Below are positions 43,531 through 48,744 of a stretch of 48,744 bases of DNA, piece by piece; position 1 is the first letter of the stretch; each line of letters opens with the position of its first letter. This DNA comes from Guillardia theta CCMP2712 (taxonomy: Eukaryota; Protista; Cryptophyta), in contig NW_005434425.1 of the NCBI RefSeq assembly GCF_000315625.1, positions 1 through 48,744 of the forward strand, given 5' to 3'. The position numbers were made by a program, and so were the translations under genes. The notes under the pieces were generated by a model that saw nothing but the letters and a program-made list of their open reading frames with translations, made no database searches and was not told where the DNA came from.

Positions 43531-45031
43531 TTATCCCTCCCCTTCGCTTAACATGAGCTCGTTCGCTAGGCCCCTGTAGGAAGGCATCAGACTCGAAGTC
43601 GAGCTGCATTCCGCAAAGAAAGGCACATCACCATGGCATGAACATTTTCCTCAGCTCGTCAAAGACGTAACAGAAAGCATTCATGGGCCTTGCGCAGTCG
43701 TCTCGCTCGCTGCACACCCACACCTCAAACCTGTCGACCACCGTCCGCTTCCCAAGTCCGCCCGTGGTGATAGTCCCGTTCATCGCAAGCTCACTATCAA
43801 CGATTTCTGGCCAATCGTGCTGTATCTGACACGTGAGGTAGTCTGCGTGGAGGGTCATCCAGCTCTCCTGCAGTGGCGCGTCCGGTTCAGCATTCGCTGG
43901 TGGGGGCGGCGTGGTGAGATCGGGGATGCTCGTTGCATAGTCAACACAGTCAGTCTCGCTGATGCATGGCGCTAAGTTAGCAACCCCCCAGGACGAAGGC
44001 CAAGACAGGTGATAGCATGGCAGATCGTTTCCTGTCAGATCAAGAGGGAAAAGCAAAGAGAAGCCGGTGAACGCCTGCGAAGAGATGCAAGAAAGCTGAT
44101 TGTTCTGAAGCGATAGCCCCTGCAAGCTCGAGAGGCTGTTGAAGATCCCAGCTGGGAGACTTGAGAGGTTGTTGTTGTAAAGATATAGATACCGCAAGCT
44201 TGTCAGCCTGTCGAAGATCCCCACTGAGAGACTTCTAAGCTTGTTGTCGTGCAGATCTAGTGAGCGCAAGCTGGAGAGCCCATCGAAGATCCCAGAAGGG
44301 AGAGTTTCCAGCATATTGCTGTAAAGAGAAAGACTCCCCAAGGTGGAGAGCCTGTCGAAGATCCCAGCTGGGAGGCTGCTGATCTTGTTGTTGTTCAGGG
44401 ACAGGTGTTGCACGCTGGAGAGGTTATTGAAGATCCCAGCTGGTAGGCTTCCAAGTCTATTGTCATGAAGATATAACAACTCTACGCTGGAGACCATGTC
44501 GAAGATCCCGGCAGGGAGACTCTCCAGCTCATTGCTGTAAAGTTCCAGATATTTCAAGCTGGACAGCCTGTTGAAGATTCCAACTGGGAGACTTCTAAGC
44601 TTGTTGTCGTAGAGATAAAGCTCCTTCAAGCTGACGGCGAGCCCATCAAAAATCCCAGCAGGGAGAGTCTCCAGCATATTGCCGTAAAGATATAAATATC
44701 CTAAGCTGGAGAGCCCATCGAAGATCCCAGCAGGGAGAGTCTCCAGCTCATTTCCGTGAAGATATAGCTGCTGCAATCTGGAGAGCCCATCGAAGGTCCC
44801 ATTGGTTATGTTGCGAATTTGAAGGGAGTTCAAGTACAGCTTGTCTGTACAGCTGTCGTCACAGCTCCCCTCCCTCGACAACAAACCCTCATCTGAGACA
44901 TAAAACGTGCAGCTCCCACAGCTCACGTTGCTTGCCCCCTCTGCCTGCCTCATCAAGCCTCCCAGAACCATCCAAACCACACAGACGCGCACTAGCATGA
45001 CCATCCGTGATACTTGCCAAAAATGGGGCAA
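43531..45031 (-). CDS. Intact secreted VLR-like LRR protein (about 10 LRR modules)
   Basis: Signal peptide (MLVRVCVVWMVLGGLMRQAEG), Cys N-cap, 24-aa LRRs, LSCISSQAF..LPCYHLSWP C-cap, TTPPPP stalk and conserved tail. Terminal intron 43574-43631 gives ..MPWGLANELMLSEGEG*. Confidence 0.92.
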
Positions 45032-45289
45032 TAATTAATCTTATATTATTATTGTCAACGCTTGCTGATTTTTATTTTTAATGTTGACAATGCAAGGACT
45101 CGGCAGCATACCGGTACCATCCACCCCTAAAGTTGACAATTCAAACAGAAGGATACCGGTACTATCCACGTACTTCGTAGACAAGTCTGCAATGGTGACA
45201 TTGCAGGCCTGCTTATTTCAGGCAGGCCCGCCGCTTATTTCAGGCAGGCCCGCTTGTTTCACTTAGACAGGCAGGCCCGCTTTAGGGTT

Positions 45290-45436
45290 CTTGCAGCTTC
45301 CTTGGCACCCTGCCAGCGGCTTCCCCTAAACCCTAAGGGTTTAGAGTTTAGGGTTTAGGGCCGGTTATTTTCGGCAGCATGGCTCCTTGCCAGGTCACGG
45401 TAGGGGAAGCCGCCAGGGCGCCAAGGAAGCTGCAAG
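45290..45436. repeat. Inverted repeat (about 36-39-bp arms) enclosing telomere-like TTTAGGG/CCCTAAA motifs
   Basis: cttgcagcttccttggcaccctg..gcggcttccccta (45290-45328) versus taggggaagccgc..agggcgccaaggaagctgcaag (45401-45436). Confidence 0.85.
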
Positions 45437-45473
45437 CGAGAAGTTTGTATACTTCAAATAGCTTAGTTCTAAG

Positions 45474-46990
45474 TATGGTTCTTCAGTATGTTCGCAACCT
45501 GCTGTATCGGAGATCATGCCAATACACGCAGAGCGGACTTGTGGATGCCTCTGTCCTCGAAGCTGATCTCGTCGAGATGGTGAAGAGCTTCGCGAAGCGT
45601 TATCCGAACAGCAGGACAGCCAAGGCTTGCAAGGCTGTCAGTGTGGAGGGATGCACCCCCGACGCTATCGCAGAACTGAGCCATCCGCTCGACATGTCAG
45701 CAGGCACGACGTGAGCTTCTGCAAGAAGCGATGACTGGATGGAGTGACGCATCCAGAGAGTGGTTTATGCAGCAGATTGAAGAAGCCAAGAAGGAGAAGG
45801 TCGAGACATACACCGCCTCAGCAGGCAACGAGGTGACTTCCTTCATCTCCATGACTCTCCTGGGCATCTCCTCGGTGTATGTCAACCATGAAGAGAAGCT
45901 CAGAAGAAGAAATTTGAAGAGATCGGACTGATCGTAGACTCAGTGCAAGAGAGTAAAGCAATCATGTGGAAGGCTCCGTATAGACCCGAGATAGCGAGTG
46001 CTGAGGAGATCCCGGTGACTGTTTCCTTCCTCCGCAATGCACAAGCGGAGAAGCTCTGGCAGGGAAGAGAGGACTTCGCGATCGATGGTCGCAAGTTCAC
46101 AGCTGTACATGTGAGCATCGTGCACGATCGATCTTTCAAGATTCGAGCCAAGAGAGGACCCTGGGGCAAAGGGGGCAGCTTGGCAGAGCTGACCCACCTG
46201 CTAACTTGTGACCTAAGTTGGGCGGCATGACAACGGCTGAGATAGCTGCCGTCTATCGCTATCAGCTGCTGCGCCAGTCCCTTGCAGCGGTCCAACTCCA
46301 GCCGCTGGCAGGCATGCCAGGCTGGTCAGGGAGGTGGAGTGGATCGTCTCCTCGAGCTGCCCAGAGGCGAATCAGGGTTTAGGGTTTAGGATACAGCATT
46401 TCGAGCATTTCGGATACAGCATTTCGAGCTTTCCGAGAGAGCGAAGCGATGGAGGGAATACACCTGACTCTGTTCAGCGAAGACCCGAAGATCAGAGAGG
46501 CGCTCGCAGTCGAGTTGACAGCTGATCGCTTTGTGTCCAGAAATAAGTTGAAGAAGGCATCAAGACTGCAGAAGAAGGCAGGCGGCAAGGACGGCAAGGA
46601 GATCAAGATCATCATCAAGTCGACGGCGGCATCTGGTCGCTTCACGAGGAAGGAGATGGAGGGGCTGTGCAACGGCGGCAACACGTCCATCGCAAGAGTC
46701 AAGAGAGTCTTGTTGGAGATCGCTAACAGGCTCGAGATCAACGTTGAAGGCATCGACATGGAGGAGGATTTGAACACCAAGTCCTGGAACGGGTCCAAGC
46801 TATGCATCCTCCTCGGCTCCACGGAGGATGCTCGACGCATGATGAAGGAGCTGCCCTTCTATCTCGAAGGCGCAGCAACCAAGCTCGAAGCAGTCGGCTT
46901 CGACAAGCCTCGGAGCCTGAGGCGGCTGGTCAGCGGGGCACCAGCGACGCAGCGCAGCGATAGGACATTACGTCCATTCCGTTCCAATCC
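45474..46990 (+). pseudogene. Degenerate intronless coding region of about 1.5 kb, possibly a mobile-element ORF
   Basis: Consecutive coding-like ORFs (45474-45714, 45731-45931, 45943-46230, 46449-) broken by frameshifts and stops, with no intron-like spacers. Family not recognised. Confidence 0.5.
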
Positions 46991-47009
46991 CCTTCTGGAA
47001 TCTTTAGTA

Positions 47010-48131
47010 GGGGGCTTATGGGTTGACCTAACCTTGACCTTGACCTTCGTGCTGATTTGAATCCGACGTCCGTTTTAGGAGAAATGCTGTCATGAAAGGA
47101 TGCAAGATAGCTTGAAAGCAGGGTAGAAAGAACCTAAAAATTGACTGATATTTAGTACTTTGACCTTCAGTTTTAGAGTTTTAAGTTTTGTTTTTATCTC
47201 TTTCTTGGAACTGTTCGACATATCGTGAATGGCAATTGCGCTGCATGCGATGTCGGTAAAGCACCAAGATGTCCATGATGGTTGTGTTTCCTCATTTGTT
47301 AGCGGCATGAATACTGACTAAGGATGGAGAGCATGCAGTAAGGGATCTTTCCTTCCAGGTTCTATGATGCCTTGGATACAGATAGCACTGTACAGATGGT
47401 TCAAGCATGACAAGCACATGCATTCGACTTTCAAACAGATAGCCTAGAGGCTTGCACCAGCCAAGCATTGCTTGATTCATGCCAAGTCTGTCTCCAATTT
47501 AGCTTCATCTGCAGGACATCCCATCTTTGAAGGCACATCTTCAATCACTTTTCACCTCATTCAAATACAAGGGTTCACTGGCTGATAACTTGTTGTGTGC
47601 TTGAAATCTTCATCAAGTGAAGATAGATGCACTTGTCAGAGATCAAATGACAACATAGCAATTGATGTAAAGTACATGGAAGCTCTCCGATATCCTTGAG
47701 TTTTGCGTAAGACGCGTTGCACAACCGTGAATTTGCTCAACCTGTTTATTCAAATTTGCATTGTACATAAACAGATCAAAACTTGATATGCATACTGTGA
47801 GACGAGGAACATGATCTACCACACTACAAGCTTTCAAGGTTGTTGACTGCGCGGGAAGAGAGGGAGGATGGAAGGCAGGGGCGAGCAGAGTCACGGCAGG
47901 CGTGAGCATGAGGGAAGGGAACGGGGAAGGAAGGGCTTCAAATGGGTACTGGGAGATCGCAACGGTTGGGACCCTATGCTAAGCCAATCGTTGAGGTCGT
48001 TCATATTCTTAGCCACTAATTGCTAAGCACATGGCTGACCTTAGGATGTGCTTATCCCATTTATTAACTAAAGCATTTGTACCAGAGGGCTAAGGTCAAG
48101 GTCAAGGTTAGGTCAGCCCATATAAGCCCCC
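47010..48131. mobile_element. Non-autonomous TIR DNA transposon, 1122 bp, flanked by TAGTA direct repeats
   Basis: Left end gggggcttatgggttgacctaaccttgaccttgacctt (47010-47047) is the reverse complement of right end aaggtcaaggtcaaggttaggtcagcccatataagccccc (48092-48131), with one mismatch and a 2-nt indel. tagta occurs at 47005-47009 and 48132-48136. Confidence 0.88.
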
Positions 48132-48139
48132 TAGTACCA

Positions 48140-48600
48140 GGGCGCTTTGTTTGTACTGCCGTTAAAATACTTATTCCAAAGCGTTGTGGTATTTGTACGG
48201 AGGTCCTCAGGGCTCCCCATACATGAGGTTGTACCACAAAAGTCCCTCATTTTCTGTGAGGTTCGCATGGGTGGTTTCAGATAGTTTAGAGAACCCGTAC
48301 GTTTCCCTCCGTCAGAGTAAGGGTGGGGTGGATCGGATTCAAGGGAGGAAGGATGAAATCTTAAAAGTATGGGCTCTCCGTACTGGAATTGGCGTCGAAA
48401 AGTATCATATTCGATTACCGGTAAGTGGTCAAACAGCACCCACCCCTGTGGTCCATAGCTCAATGACCCTCTCGCAAGGGAAAAGTTTGAATCAAATTAC
48501 TTTGACCAAAGCCAGTACCCCCTACCTTTGAAAAAGCCTGAGTAGATGGAAATCGGAAGGTAGGGGTGGGTCAATTCCTCAACCCCACACGCCTTCTGCT
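48140..48600. other. GGGGT/TACCC-type non-coding tract
   Basis: Similar motif bias to 310-1140 and 7030-7965, but weaker. Confidence 0.35.
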
Positions 48601-48744
48601 TGAGCCACGACAAGGAGCGATGGCCATGATACCATGAGGACGTGTTGCAATCGAATTATCATGTGTGTATGCTTCAAATCATATTGTATTGTTGCATAGA
48701 TACAAGAAGGGCTCTTGAAAAGAACCTACCTTTAGGGATGCAGC

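Noticed and set aside
43531-45031. True orthology to vertebrate VLR or TLR genes
   Set aside because: The caps and tail differ from the VLR LRRNT/LRRCT consensus and there is no TIR or transmembrane domain; the similarity is generic typical-class LRR and is treated as analogy.

Overview
Eukaryotic nuclear DNA from a photosynthetic alga with a complex plastid. The evidence is short GT-AG introns, microsatellite-filled introns, a bipartite plastid-targeting 'AF' leader and TTTAGGG motifs; the style suggests a cryptophyte such as Guillardia theta (inference). There are three assembly gaps. Recognisable genes: a Cdc25/Acr2-like rhodanese, UDP-sulfoquinovose synthase (SQD1/sqdB), a sulfotransferase-like protein, AP-1 gamma adaptin, endonuclease V, a secreted/GPI-like protein and a large secreted Vps62-like protein, plus several hypothetical genes. 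The standout is a family of secreted 24-aa LRR proteins with a VLR-like layout: signal peptide, Cys N-cap, variable LRR modules, C-cap, Thr/Pro stalk and conserved Cys-containing tail. It occurs as one intact gene (43.5-45.0 kb), a damaged three-unit tandem array (8.7-11.4 kb) and a chimeric fragment (19.1-19.6 kb). The 72-bp modules have near-identical DNA frameworks, hypervariable beta-strand codons and visible module swapping, suggesting a cassette-diversified receptor repertoire. Also present: a permuted duplication linking LRR fragments to a non-LTR retrotransposon remnant, a 1.1-kb TIR element with TAGTA duplications, and clustered interstitial telomeric motifs.
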